Source of the DNA: an archaeon
Lineage (GTDB): Archaea > Iainarchaeota > Iainarchaeia > Iainarchaeales > JAAZKV01
Length of the DNA: 64,000 nucleotides
Direction: 5' to 3'
Assembly (NCBI GenBank): GCA_041650735.1
Contig: JBAZKP010000001.1
Span: forward strand, 240,786-304,785
The notes beneath the pieces were generated by a model. That model did not search any database. It saw only the letters and a program-made list of their open reading frames with translations, and was not told the DNA's origin. Shown here piece by piece: positions 45,887-55,641 of the stretch. How positions within the stretch are numbered: position 1 is the stretch's first letter; every line of letters begins with the position of its first letter. The translations under genes and the position numbers were made by a program.

Positions 45887-46450
45887 ATGAAAATAATTGT
45901 TGCTGTAACAGGGGCTTCAGGGGCAAATTATGCGCTCGCCTTACTCAAGGAGCTTAAAGAAAAAAAAGTTGAGGTACACTTAGTTATAAGCGAATGGGCG
46001 GGAGAAGTATTTAAAGAAGAAACAGGCAAGAAAATTTCTTTACTAAAAAAATTTGCGAAAAAAACTTATTCAAACAAAGACTTAGCGACGAGCATTTCTT
46101 CAAGTTCTTTTCTAGTTGATGGAATGATAATAATTCCTGCAAGCATAAAAACTTGTTCAGAAATAGTGCATGCGCACACAAGTACATTAATCACAAGATG
46201 TGCGGACAATATGTTAAAAACAAAAAAACCATTAGTAATAGGGGTAAGAGAAACCCCATTAAGCGGGCCAGCGCTTGAAAACCTGTGGAAGCTAAGCTTA
46301 TACGGTGCAATAATTTTCCCACTAAGCCCAGGGTTTTACCACAAACCAAAAAAAATATCTGACATAGAGGACTTTATTACAGGGAAAGCATTAGACTTAT
46401 TAGGGATTACCAATAATACATTCGTACGCTGGGAAAGCAAAAAAAGGTGA
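45887..46450 (+). CDS. ubiX: UbiX-like flavin prenyltransferase (prenyl-FMN synthase)
   Basis: MKIIVAVTGASGANYALALLKELK.. flavoprotein fold; 187 aa. Confidence 0.8.
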   Translation: MKIIVAVTGASGANYALALLKELKEKKVEVHLVISEWAGEVFKEETGKKISLLKKFAKKTYSNKDLATSISSSSFLVDGMIIIPASIKTCSEIVHAHTSTLITRCADNMLKTKKPLVIGVRETPLSGPALENLWKLSLYGAIIFPLSPGFYHKPKKISDIEDFITGKALDLLGITNNTFVRWESKKR

Positions 46451-46454
46451 TTTT

Positions 46455-47729
46455 ATGAGTTTCCGTGATTTTGTAGCAAAAACAGATTATGTAATAAGTA
46501 AGCCCGTGTCAAAAAACTTGGAAGCAAGCGGAATAATTTACTCCGCAGGCGACAAAAGTATAATGTTTAACAAAATAAAAGAATCCCAAAATAGGGTTGT
46601 GGCAAATGTTTTTGCCTCGAAAGAAAAGGTGGCAAAGTACCTTGGTTGTGAAGTGAAAGACCTTGTTCCAAAAATGATTAAAGCACTAAATAATCCGACA
46701 AAACCACAAATTGTTTCAAAAACTGATCACACAGAGATTGAAGTTGATTTGGAAAAATTACCAATTTTAGTTCACACTGAGAAAGACGGTGGACCTTATG
46801 TTTCGAGCGGAATAGTAATAGTAAGGGATGCAACAATAGGGCAAAATGTCTGCTACCATAGAGGAATGGTAATAGGAAAAAATAAACTTGCATTTAGAAT
46901 ACTTGAAAGAAACACAATGGAATTACTCAAGAAAAATAATGGACAAATGAAAGCAGCTTACTGCATTGGGATTGGTGGAGAAACAGCTTTAGCAGCAGCA
47001 ATGGCTCCAACATTAGGGGTAAATGAATTAGAAATAGCAAACTCCATTCAGTCAATAGACACAGTAAAAGCAAAATTGTTTGATGCATTGCTTCCTGCAG
47101 ATGCAGAAGTAATAATGGAAGGCGCCCTAAATTTAAATGAAAAACATTCTGAAGGTCCATTCGTTGACTTAACGGGCACTTCAGACATAATAAGGCAAGA
47201 ACCAGTATTCACTGTAGAAAAAATTTATGTAAGACCAAATTATATTTGGCACGCACTCTTACCAGGAGGATTTGAACACAAAATCCTGATGGGGATGCCA
47301 AGAGAACCAACAGTATTTAATGAAGTAAAAAAAGCAGGAGTAGATGTAATTGATGTAAGTGTTAACCCGGGCGGGAGCGCATGGTTCCACGTAATAATAA
47401 AAATTAATAAGAAAAATGAGGAAGACGGAAAGAAAACAATTGATGCGGCAATGAAAGGGCACACCTCAGGAAAACACTTCTTTGTTGTAGACAATGACAT
47501 AGATATTTACAATCCATTGGAAGTGGAATGGGCAATGGCAACAAGATTCCAAGCTGACAAGAACCTGTACATATTTACAAAACAAAAGGGATCCTCACTT
47601 GATGCAAGCGCAGACCAAATAACAAGAGAAACCGCAAAAGCAGGATTCGATTTAACAATGTGTCTAGACAAAGTACAAAAAATGACGAGAACAAAATTTC
47701 CTGAATTTGATATAAAAAAATATTTATGA
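46455..47729 (+). CDS. UbiD-family decarboxylase (candidate trans-anhydromevalonate 5-phosphate decarboxylase)
   Basis: UbiD fold. Positioned between ubiX and the acnX genes, as in the archaeal alternative MVA pathway. Confidence 0.75.
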   Translation: MSFRDFVAKTDYVISKPVSKNLEASGIIYSAGDKSIMFNKIKESQNRVVANVFASKEKVAKYLGCEVKDLVPKMIKALNNPTKPQIVSKTDHTEIEVDLEKLPILVHTEKDGGPYVSSGIVIVRDATIGQNVCYHRGMVIGKNKLAFRILERNTMELLKKNNGQMKAAYCIGIGGETALAAAMAPTLGVNELEIANSIQSIDTVKAKLFDALLPADAEVIMEGALNLNEKHSEGPFVDLTGTSDIIRQEPVFTVEKIYVRPNYIWHALLPGGFEHKILMGMPREPTVFNEVKKAGVDVIDVSVNPGGSAWFHVIIKINKKNEEDGKKTIDAAMKGHTSGKHFFVVDNDIDIYNPLEVEWAMATRFQADKNLYIFTKQKGSSLDASADQITRETAKAGFDLTMCLDKVQKMTRTKFPEFDIKKYL

Positions 47730-47746
47730 AAATGGTAGGGTTTTAT

Positions 47747-48931
47747 ATGGATTTAACTAAACAAGAAAAGGAAATGCTTGAGGGAAAACAAGGTAGTGCA
47801 GTAAAAAAATCCATGGAGATTTTGGTTGCATTAGGAGAAATTTATAATGCAAAAAAACTGGTTGATGTGGAAAGCGTGCAAATAGCAGGAGTAAGTTATG
47901 ACAACCTTGGTGACGCAGGATTAGAATTTTTAAGTGAATTAGCAAAAGATGGAAAAGTAAAAGTGCTCACAACACTAAACCCGGCAGGAATGGATTTAGA
48001 AAATTACAAAACACTAGGAATTTCGGAAGAATTTGCAGTAAAACAAAGAATGGTAATTGAAGCATTTGCAAAAATGGGAATAATTACTACCTGCACCTGT
48101 ACACCTTATTTAGTAGGAAATTCTCCTCACTTCAACCAGCATATTGCTTGGAGCGAAAGCAGTGCAGTTGCTTACGCAAATTCAGTTTTAGGGGCAAGGA
48201 CAAATAGAGAAGGCGGGCCAAGCGCATTAGCAGCAGCCCTTACAGGAAAAACTCCTTTGTATGGAATGCAATTAGATGAAAACAGACAAGCAAGAATAAA
48301 AGTAATGGTTAAAGGACTTGGAAGAGGAACAGAAAGATTTGGTGCACTCGGAAAAGCAATTGGGGAAAAAATCAAAGACAAACCAGCGTACATAGTAGGA
48401 GTGAAAGAAGCAACCATTGAGGAATTAAAAAGCCTTTCAGCAAGCATTGCTACTTACGGCGGAGCAGCAATTTTTCATATGAAAGGAATAACTCCAAACA
48501 AAACAAAAGCCCCAAAAGAAAAAATTATTATAACAAAAGAAGATATTGAAAACGCATTAAAATCAATGAACGATGACTGCGAAGTAGATTTTGTGAGTGT
48601 GGGGTGCCCGCACGCAAGCATAAAAGAAATAGCAAAACTAGCGGAATTATTGAAAGGAAAAAAAGTCAAGAAAGAATTTTGGGTAACAACAGCAAGGCCG
48701 ACAAAAAGAATTGCTGATGCTGTGGGCTACTCAAAAACAATTGAAGAAGCTGGGGCAAAATTCGCTGCAGACACATGTTGTGTCGTTGCGCCAATAAAAG
48801 GAAGATTCAAGTGTTTAGCAACAGATTCAGCAAAAGGGTGCTATTATGCAGCAGCAAAAAACAAATTTAAAATAAAAATAATGCCGGTAGAGAAAATTGT
48901 AGAAGAAGCATGCAAGGAGATGAAACAATGA
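47747..48931 (+). CDS. Aconitase X large subunit (candidate mevalonate 5-phosphate dehydratase, large subunit)
   Basis: AcnX family. Translationally coupled to the small subunit through an ATGA overlap. Confidence 0.75.
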   Translation: MDLTKQEKEMLEGKQGSAVKKSMEILVALGEIYNAKKLVDVESVQIAGVSYDNLGDAGLEFLSELAKDGKVKVLTTLNPAGMDLENYKTLGISEEFAVKQRMVIEAFAKMGIITTCTCTPYLVGNSPHFNQHIAWSESSAVAYANSVLGARTNREGGPSALAAALTGKTPLYGMQLDENRQARIKVMVKGLGRGTERFGALGKAIGEKIKDKPAYIVGVKEATIEELKSLSASIATYGGAAIFHMKGITPNKTKAPKEKIIITKEDIENALKSMNDDCEVDFVSVGCPHASIKEIAKLAELLKGKKVKKEFWVTTARPTKRIADAVGYSKTIEEAGAKFAADTCCVVAPIKGRFKCLATDSAKGCYYAAAKNKFKIKIMPVEKIVEEACKEMKQ

Positions 48932-49320
48932 CTACACTCAACGGAAGAAAAATTTGTGCAGGAAAAGCAGAAGGAGAAGCGCTTGTGTCAAAACAAGGAA
49001 TCTCTTTTTTTGGAGGAGTTGACCCTGACACAGGAAAAGTGGCAGAAGCGGGTCATGAGCTTGAAGGCCAGTCAATAACAGGAAAAATACTTGTTTTTCC
49101 CCAAGGGAAAGGTTCAACAGTAGGAAGCTATGCGTTGTACAGAATGAAAAAACAAGGCACAGCCCCAAAAGCAATAATCAATTCCGAATGCGAAACAATA
49201 GTTGCAGTAGGCGCAATAATATCAGAGATACCTTGTGTAGACAAAATAGATATAACACAAATCAAAACAGGGCAAAAGATGAAAGTCGACGGAGACAAAG
49301 CAATTGTTGAAATTCAATAA
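48928..49320 (+). CDS. Aconitase X small subunit (candidate mevalonate 5-phosphate dehydratase, small subunit)
   Basis: GKAEGEALVS..ISFFGGVDPDTGKV..GKILVFPQGKGSTVGSY motifs; AAGGAG RBS. Confidence 0.7.
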   Translation: MTTLNGRKICAGKAEGEALVSKQGISFFGGVDPDTGKVAEAGHELEGQSITGKILVFPQGKGSTVGSYALYRMKKQGTAPKAIINSECETIVAVGAIISEIPCVDKIDITQIKTGQKMKVDGDKAIVEIQ

Positions 49321-49352
49321 TTTTTTTATTTAATCTTTCCTAAGGCGATTGA

Positions 49353-50153
49353 ATGACTGACTTGTTTGTAGTTAAATTTGGGGGTTCTTCCATAACCAAA
49401 AAAGCGGACAACAAATTTGAGATAAATAAAGAGATACTTAAACAATGTGCAAAAGAACTTGCGAGTGCGATGAAGAAAAAACAAATGAAAGTTGCTTTAG
49501 TTTGTGGGGTAGGACCATTCGGGCACACAAACGTAAAAATGTACAATTTGAATAATGGGATAACAACGGAAGAACAAATGAAAGGAGTGGAAAAAACAAA
49601 CAAAGATTGCAATTTTGTGGGGCAATCAGTTGCAAAAGCACTTGAGAAAGAAGGAGTAAAAACAAAACTCATTCCAGGTTACGAAGTTTGCGAACAAAGC
49701 GATAAAAAAATAATTAAATTTGATTTTACTCTTTATGAGAAAGCGTTGAATGAAGGAAGTGTTCCAATAACAACAGGAATAATGGTAAAAGATGATAACC
49801 TCAAGTGGAGTGTAATGAGCGGAGACAAAGTAATTGCTCAATTAGCAAAACATTTCAAACCAAAAAAAGTATTAATGGGCACTGATGTTGATGGAATATT
49901 TACCGTAGATCCAAAAGTTGATGCAAAAGCCGAACTAATTGAAGAAATAACAAGAGGAAACGTTCCAAAAATCCTTGAAAAAGTAGGCGAATCAAAATCC
50001 GTTGATGTAACTGGTGGAATGAAAGGAAAACTAGAACAACTTTCTGAACAATTAAATGGAACGCCAGCGGAAATATTTAATTTATTCACAAAAGGAAACA
50101 TAGAAAAAGTTTTGACAGGAAAAAATGTTAAAGATACAAAAATAAAGCTTTAA
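49353..50153 (+). CDS. ipk: Isopentenyl phosphate kinase (amino-acid kinase family)
   Basis: VVKFGGSSIT, GHT.., MGTDVDGIFTVDP, VDVTGGM. Confidence 0.75.
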   Translation: MTDLFVVKFGGSSITKKADNKFEINKEILKQCAKELASAMKKKQMKVALVCGVGPFGHTNVKMYNLNNGITTEEQMKGVEKTNKDCNFVGQSVAKALEKEGVKTKLIPGYEVCEQSDKKIIKFDFTLYEKALNEGSVPITTGIMVKDDNLKWSVMSGDKVIAQLAKHFKPKKVLMGTDVDGIFTVDPKVDAKAELIEEITRGNVPKILEKVGESKSVDVTGGMKGKLEQLSEQLNGTPAEIFNLFTKGNIEKVLTGKNVKDTKIKL

Positions 50154-50222
50154 GAGTGCTTTTTGCACAAGCACGTTTTTAAACATTGAAATTCACAGTT
50201 TTTACAGGTTGATAGTGGTTAA

Positions 50223-50756
50223 ATGAAACAAATAATTTTTTTAGGAAGAGGGGGGCAGGGCGCGGTTACTAGTGCGCAGGTTCTTGCAATAGCGGCTTTC
50301 AAGGACGGCAAACACTCACAAGCATTCCCAAATTTTGGAGTAGAACGAATGGGGGCGCCGGTAAAGAGTTACTGCAGAATAGATGAAAAAGTAATTAATT
50401 TGAGAGAACAAGTGTACGAAGCGGATTATGCAATAATACTTGATTCAACTTTACTCAAAAACCTTGACCAGGAAATAAAAGAAATGATAATAATTAATTC
50501 AAACAAAAAATCATGCGAAGTTTCATTGAACACGAAAGCAAAAATAAAGTGCATTGACATCACATCAATTGCTTTGAAAACAATAGGAAAACCATTTGTG
50601 AATATAGCTTCATTAGGTGCGTTTGCAGCACTAACAAAAGAAGTTTCATTAAAAGGATTAGAAGAGGCAATACAACAACAAATGGGCTCAAAAGGACCTT
50701 TAGTTGAAAAAAATATTAACGCAATAAGAGAAGTATATGAAAATGCAAAGAAATGA
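50223..50756 (+). CDS. porG: 2-oxoacid:ferredoxin oxidoreductase, gamma subunit
   Basis: FLGRGGQGAVTSAQVLA.. N-terminus. Confidence 0.8.
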   Translation: MKQIIFLGRGGQGAVTSAQVLAIAAFKDGKHSQAFPNFGVERMGAPVKSYCRIDEKVINLREQVYEADYAIILDSTLLKNLDQEIKEMIIINSNKKSCEVSLNTKAKIKCIDITSIALKTIGKPFVNIASLGAFAALTKEVSLKGLEEAIQQQMGSKGPLVEKNINAIREVYENAKK

Positions 50757-51055
50757 TTTTTATGACAAAAAAAGAAATTAAGATAGGAGGTATTCAAATA
50801 ACTAAAGGAGCAGTTATTTCAAATCCTGGTTCAACAAAAAATTATAAGACAGGGGAGTGGAGAACATTCAAACCGAGTATTGATCAGGCAAAATGTATTA
50901 AGTGTGCAAAATGTTGGATGACTTGCCCTGATGCCGCAGTATACAAAGATAAAGAAGGAAGATTTCAAGTAAATTATGATTATTGTAAAGGATGTTTGCT
51001 TTGTGAAAAAGAATGTCCTGTAAAAGCAATAAGCCACAAAGTGGAGGAAAAATAA
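50753..51055 (+). CDS. porD: 2-oxoacid:ferredoxin oxidoreductase, delta (ferredoxin) subunit
   Basis: Two Cys clusters, CIKCAKCWMTCPD and CKGCLLCEKECP. Confidence 0.8.
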   Translation: MIFMTKKEIKIGGIQITKGAVISNPGSTKNYKTGEWRTFKPSIDQAKCIKCAKCWMTCPDAAVYKDKEGRFQVNYDYCKGCLLCEKECPVKAISHKVEEK

Positions 51056-51115
51056 ATTAGTTTAGTGAGGCAAGTTAAGTTAATTTGAAGTTATTTGTTA
51101 AGTTATGTGATTGTT

Positions 51116-52261
51116 ATGGTAAAAAAAGTTGTGATTTCTGGAGCAGATGCGATTGCAAATGCAGTAAAGTTGTGCAGGCCGAAAGTGCTGCCAATGTATC
51201 CAATAACTCCAAGCACACTTGTTCCGGAAAGATTAGCAGAGTACGTGTTTAATGGCGAATTAGATGCAGAAATGATTCATGTTGAATCAGAGCACAGTGC
51301 CGCAAGTGCACTATATGGTGTTTATGCAATGGGGTTAAGGAGTTTTACTGCAACAGCATCACAAGGATTAGCATTAATGCACGAAATTTTGCCAATAATC
51401 TCTGCTTCAAGGTTTCCAGCAGTAATGGCAGTAGCAAACAGAACATTATCGGGACCGTTGAACATTTGGAATGATCATTCAGATGCGATGAGCGAAAGAG
51501 ACCAAGGCTGGATACAGCTTTACTGTGAATCAGCACAAGAAGCATTTGATACAACAATAATGGCGTACAAAATAGCAGAAACTGAAAAAGTCTGCTTGCC
51601 AGTAATGGTGTGCATAGATGGGTTCTCATTATCCCATGTATATGAGCCATTACAAATAGAAGACCAGGAAAAAGTTGATTTATTCCTGCCAGAATACAAA
51701 CCACACGATTTCTTGGACATATCTTCGCCTAAAAGTTTTGGCGCATTTGCAACCCCTGCAACTTACTTTGAGTTCAAAGAACAATACCAGGAAGCAATGG
51801 ATGAATCGCTTAAAATAATTTCCCAAGTGCATGAAGAATTTGCGAAAAAATTTGGGAGAACCTATGGAAACGGATTAATGGAATTAGTTGAAATGAAAGA
51901 TGCCGAATATGCATTACTTGCGGTTGGTACAGCAGCAGGCACAACGCGTGTTGTGATAGAAGAATTGCGCAAAAAAGGAAAAAAAGTTGGTCTAATAAAG
52001 TTGAAAACAATAAGGCCGTTCCCTGTAGAAGAAATAAAAAAAGCATGCAAAAATCTCAAAGCATTAGGAGTAATTGACAGGCACGTATCTTTAGGATATG
52101 AGGGGGCATTAACAATTGATGTAAAAGCCGCACTGAAAGAAGAAAAAGTAAAAGTAGAGGGATTCGTTGCGGGATTAGGCGGAAGAGACATTGACAGAAA
52201 AAGAATTTTATTTGCATTTGAAGCACTAATGCAGGGAAAAAAAGGGTTTTGGTTAAAGTGA
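51116..52261 (+). CDS. porA: 2-oxoacid:ferredoxin oxidoreductase, alpha subunit
   Basis: ISGADAIANAVKLCRPKVLPMYPITPST N-terminus. Track start 51095 is TTG. Confidence 0.8.
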   Translation: MVKKVVISGADAIANAVKLCRPKVLPMYPITPSTLVPERLAEYVFNGELDAEMIHVESEHSAASALYGVYAMGLRSFTATASQGLALMHEILPIISASRFPAVMAVANRTLSGPLNIWNDHSDAMSERDQGWIQLYCESAQEAFDTTIMAYKIAETEKVCLPVMVCIDGFSLSHVYEPLQIEDQEKVDLFLPEYKPHDFLDISSPKSFGAFATPATYFEFKEQYQEAMDESLKIISQVHEEFAKKFGRTYGNGLMELVEMKDAEYALLAVGTAAGTTRVVIEELRKKGKKVGLIKLKTIRPFPVEEIKKACKNLKALGVIDRHVSLGYEGALTIDVKAALKEEKVKVEGFVAGLGGRDIDRKRILFAFEALMQGKKGFWLK

Positions 52262-52266
52262 TTTTT

Positions 52267-52746
52267 ATGGATAAAAAAATTGGGTTCGGAGTAATTTTAG
52301 TATTACTTGTGTTTTTAGTGGCTGTTATTATCTGGCAGCAAAACTTTGCGCAAAACAATTCAGCAGATGGAAAACAAAATATTCTTGTAGATACAAATAA
52401 ATCAATTGATTCTGCGATGAATGCTTTTTGCGGGATTAATTTTGCCAGCGGGCTTGTTGAATCAGTTACACAATGTGATTTGAATGGGGAAAAAATATAT
52501 GTTCAGAATTATGAATTTCTTGCAGAAGACCAACCCATAGAATTTTATGATGCAAACAAGCAGCTATTGTTTGATTGCGGAGGAATGCCAACGCCTTACC
52601 AGCAAGAAGATGATGTAAGATGCACAATTGTTGACTGCAAAGACAAATTTACACATACTTGCAAGTACACAGATCCAAGCATTTGCGAAATATATTCACA
52701 ATACCCTGCAAGTAAAGAAAAATGTTTAGGCAAAATAAATGAATGA
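52267..52746 (+). CDS. Membrane-anchored Cys-rich extracytoplasmic protein inserted between porA and porB
   Basis: N-terminal anchor KIGFGVILVLLVFLVAVIIW followed by a domain with 9 Cys. Confidence 0.4.
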   Translation: MDKKIGFGVILVLLVFLVAVIIWQQNFAQNNSADGKQNILVDTNKSIDSAMNAFCGINFASGLVESVTQCDLNGEKIYVQNYEFLAEDQPIEFYDANKQLLFDCGGMPTPYQQEDDVRCTIVDCKDKFTHTCKYTDPSICEIYSQYPASKEKCLGKINE

Positions 52747-52760
52747 TTTGAGTTGATGAT

Positions 52761-53084
52761 ATGGGTTATGTAAATCAAAGAAGGATTCCATTAAGCGGGC
52801 AGGTGCGCAGCGTTGCAGAGCAAGAAAAATTAGAAAGATTACTGAGAAAAAACCTGTTGAATAAAAAAGAACTAAAAGAAGCATACGAAAAGGGACGAGA
52901 GACAAAGTATTTGAAATTTCTTACAGGGAAGACTAAAGATTTCCCAAGTCCAACGGAATTTTCCAAAGCAGGAAGAGGGGCAGTAAAAGGGGCTATTGCA
53001 ACAAGGCAGTACAAAGCAGCAAAATTAATTGATAAACGAGAAGGTAAAAGACTTAAGTTCAGGAGAATAAAAAAAAGTATGTAA
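52761..53084 (+). CDS. Small basic hypothetical protein inserted between porA and porB
   Basis: 107 aa, K/R-rich; no family recognised. Confidence 0.35.
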   Translation: MGYVNQRRIPLSGQVRSVAEQEKLERLLRKNLLNKKELKEAYEKGRETKYLKFLTGKTKDFPSPTEFSKAGRGAVKGAIATRQYKAAKLIDKREGKRLKFRRIKKSM

Positions 53085-53099
53085 AGGGATTGTGAAAAA

Positions 53100-54008
53100 A
53101 TGGCGATACTTGGGATAGAAGAAAAAGAATTTTTTGCTTCAGGACACAGGGCTTGTGCAGGATGCGGAGAAGCAATTGCATTAAGACACATAATGAAAGC
53201 GGCGGGTGCTGATACAATAGTTGTTGAAGCAACAGGATGCATGGAAGTAATTTCAACCCAGTATCCTGAAACAGCATGGGAATTACCTTGGGTGCACTGT
53301 GCATTTGAGAATGCGGCAGCAGTAGCAAGCGGAGTAAGAGCCTCGCTTAACATGAAAGGAGACAAAAAAACAAATGTAATCTCAATAGGGGGAGACGGTT
53401 CCGTGTTTGATATAGGATTCGGTGCACTAAGCGGCTCACTGGAAAGAGGGCACAAAATACTGCACATAGTAACTGATAATGAAGCTTATATGAATACAGG
53501 AATACAGAGAAGTGGAGCAACCTTTCCTTATGCAAACACAACAACAAGCCCTGCTGGGAAAGTAATTCCTGGAAAACAACAACCAAAAAAACCTTTGCCT
53601 TTTATTGTTGCTGCGCACGGAGCAAAGTATGTTGCAAGTGCAAGCGTAGCAAATTTATTTGATTTAAAAATGAAAGTACAAAAAGCATTGAACACAGAGG
53701 GCCCTTCATTTTTACACATAATGGTTCCTTGTATTCCTGGGTGGAAAATAGATTCCTCCTCTACAATGGATGTTGCACGAAAAGCAATGGACACAAATGT
53801 ATTCCCTTTGTATGAAATAGAAAATGGGGTGCTTAAATTCAATTACAAGCCAGCAGAGAAAAAACCTGTTGAAGAATACTTAATGATTCAAGGAAGATTC
53901 AAGCACCTTACTCCAGAAATAATAAAGAAGATACAAGAATATGTTGATGCACGCTATTCTTTTATGGAAAGCATAGAAGGAAAAAAAACCTTTGATGTGT
54001 TATTTTAA
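53100..54008 (+). CDS. porB: 2-oxoacid:ferredoxin oxidoreductase, beta (TPP-binding) subunit
   Basis: GHRACAGCGEAIALRH and GGDGSVFDIGF TPP motifs. Confidence 0.8.
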   Translation: MAILGIEEKEFFASGHRACAGCGEAIALRHIMKAAGADTIVVEATGCMEVISTQYPETAWELPWVHCAFENAAAVASGVRASLNMKGDKKTNVISIGGDGSVFDIGFGALSGSLERGHKILHIVTDNEAYMNTGIQRSGATFPYANTTTSPAGKVIPGKQQPKKPLPFIVAAHGAKYVASASVANLFDLKMKVQKALNTEGPSFLHIMVPCIPGWKIDSSSTMDVARKAMDTNVFPLYEIENGVLKFNYKPAEKKPVEEYLMIQGRFKHLTPEIIKKIQEYVDARYSFMESIEGKKTFDVLF

Positions 54009-54043
54009 TTTCCGAAGCATTTAACTATTTTTTGGAATAAATC

Positions 54044-54601
54044 TTGTTTATGGTGCTCTATTTTATTACCGGAAGCAAATACAAGTTTGCCCAAGTAAAG
54101 GACATTCTTGCTCCAGAAATAAAAATTGAGCAATTAGAAATAGATTTAAATGAAATTCAGGAAATTGATTTTGCCAAAGTGTTAGAGCACAAGCTAAAAG
54201 AAGCACAATCTAAACACAAAGGAGAATTTTTAGTTGAAGACACTTCCTTGTACATTGATGCATTTGGCCAATTACCAGGCCCATTAATTAAATGGTTCAT
54301 TAAAGGCTGGGGTCTTGAAGAAATCTACAATGCAACGCAAAAACTAGGTAAAACTTCTGCAAAAGGTAAATGTATTTTTGCTTATTCTAATGGAAAGCAA
54401 ATAAAGTTTTTTGAAGGAGAAATGTTAGGAGATATAGCAAAACCTGGTAAGAATGATGGTTTTGGTTGGAACCCGATTTTTAAGCCAAAAGGATTTGACA
54501 AAGTGTTATCAGAAATGACTCACGAAAAAAAAATAGAAATAGGGATGAGAAAAAAAGCTCTTGCAAAATTCAAGGAATATTACCTGAAAAGAAATGAATA
54601 A
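54044..54601 (+). CDS. Non-canonical purine NTP pyrophosphatase (Ham1/RdgB/ITPase)
   Basis: FITGSKYK..VEDTSLYIDAF..PGPLIKW..GFGWNPIFKPKG..EM..EKKIEIGMRKKAL motifs. Confidence 0.75.
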   Translation: MFMVLYFITGSKYKFAQVKDILAPEIKIEQLEIDLNEIQEIDFAKVLEHKLKEAQSKHKGEFLVEDTSLYIDAFGQLPGPLIKWFIKGWGLEEIYNATQKLGKTSAKGKCIFAYSNGKQIKFFEGEMLGDIAKPGKNDGFGWNPIFKPKGFDKVLSEMTHEKKIEIGMRKKALAKFKEYYLKRNE

Positions 54602-54613
54602 AAAAATTGAATT

Positions 54614-55393
54614 TTATTTCAACAAGGTTTGCACACGCTGAAAAGGCAAATCAGTTTTTTTGCACAACTCAACCATGCGTTCTTTATTTTCTTTTAATCC
54701 TTTCCAATCCAAAATAATTTCCTGTGCACCACTCTTTACAATCATTTGTTTCAACAAGTCCTTGTTAAGATTCTCTAACTGGTGTTTAGGGCAAATATGT
54801 CCAAATGAATAAGGTTGACGGAGCACAAGTTTCGAAAAATCAGGGGAATAATGCCCCCCACCAAGCCCAACAACTATTTTATCATTATTTTCTTTAAGTG
54901 TTTCATTAACTACCGTTTCAGCAATAATTTCTGCGGCCAACTCATTTTTCCAATCAGCAGGAGTGCTGCCAATTTCAATGAACAAACATTTTTTGTTAGA
55001 AAAAGGGCCGTGGTGAGTAACCTCCATAGTTACAACAAATCCTTGCTTTACCAGTCCTGAAGAAACATTTTTTTCATTTAATGTCCTCAAATAATTCGCA
55101 CAAACCTTTGGCATTGCCCCGCATAATTCTCTTGCTTTTCCGCCAAATTTTGCTTCTCCAAAATTACCTATTGAATGAACTGTAAGACTTTTTGTTCCTG
55201 ATTCACTTTGGTGGCGGGACAAAAAAATAATCTCTTTTTCCTTTATTTTCTCAGGATTAATAAAAATTATATCCTCTTCAAAACAATAAAATTCTGCCCA
55301 ATCTGGCTTTCCTATTTCCTCAATCTTTTTTGCAACCAGCACACCAGCAGGGTCTTTGATAGAATAAGCTAAAGCAATTCTCTGGTTTTCCAT
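54614..55393 (-). CDS. dtdA: D-aminoacyl-tRNA deacylase, archaeal type
   Basis: 259 aa with MENQRIALAYSIKDPAGV.. N-terminus and GLGGGHYSP motif typical of DtdA. Confidence 0.7.
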   Translation of the reverse strand: MENQRIALAYSIKDPAGVLVAKKIEEIGKPDWAEFYCFEEDIIFINPEKIKEKEIIFLSRHQSESGTKSLTVHSIGNFGEAKFGGKARELCGAMPKVCANYLRTLNEKNVSSGLVKQGFVVTMEVTHHGPFSNKKCLFIEIGSTPADWKNELAAEIIAETVVNETLKENNDKIVVGLGGGHYSPDFSKLVLRQPYSFGHICPKHQLENLNKDLLKQMIVKSGAQEIILDWKGLKENKERMVELCKKTDLPFQRVQTLLK

Positions 55394-55641
55394 GATTAAA
55401 TTAAGGGTACAAATATTTAAGTACTTTTTTAAGGTTTTGCAAATAAATTTGTATAATAAGGTGGTTTAATGGTAGTAGAATACGGTGAATTCAAAGGAAA
55501 CAAATTAATAATCCTGAAAAGAACTGAAGCAGATAATTTTCCGTTTCAATTTGGGAAAGGCAAAGCAAAACTCATTGTGGAAAACTTTGATGCTATTAAG
55601 AAATTTGCTGAAGAAGAGTAATCCTTTTTCTATTATTCAAA

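Noticed and set aside
55470-55621. Apparent small ORF with strong AAGGTGG RBS (MVVEYGEFKG..) upstream of tRNA-Ala
   Set aside because: On careful re-reading the frame hits TAA after 12 codons (..GGA ACA AAT TAA). My first read had inserted a base, so this is not an ORF.
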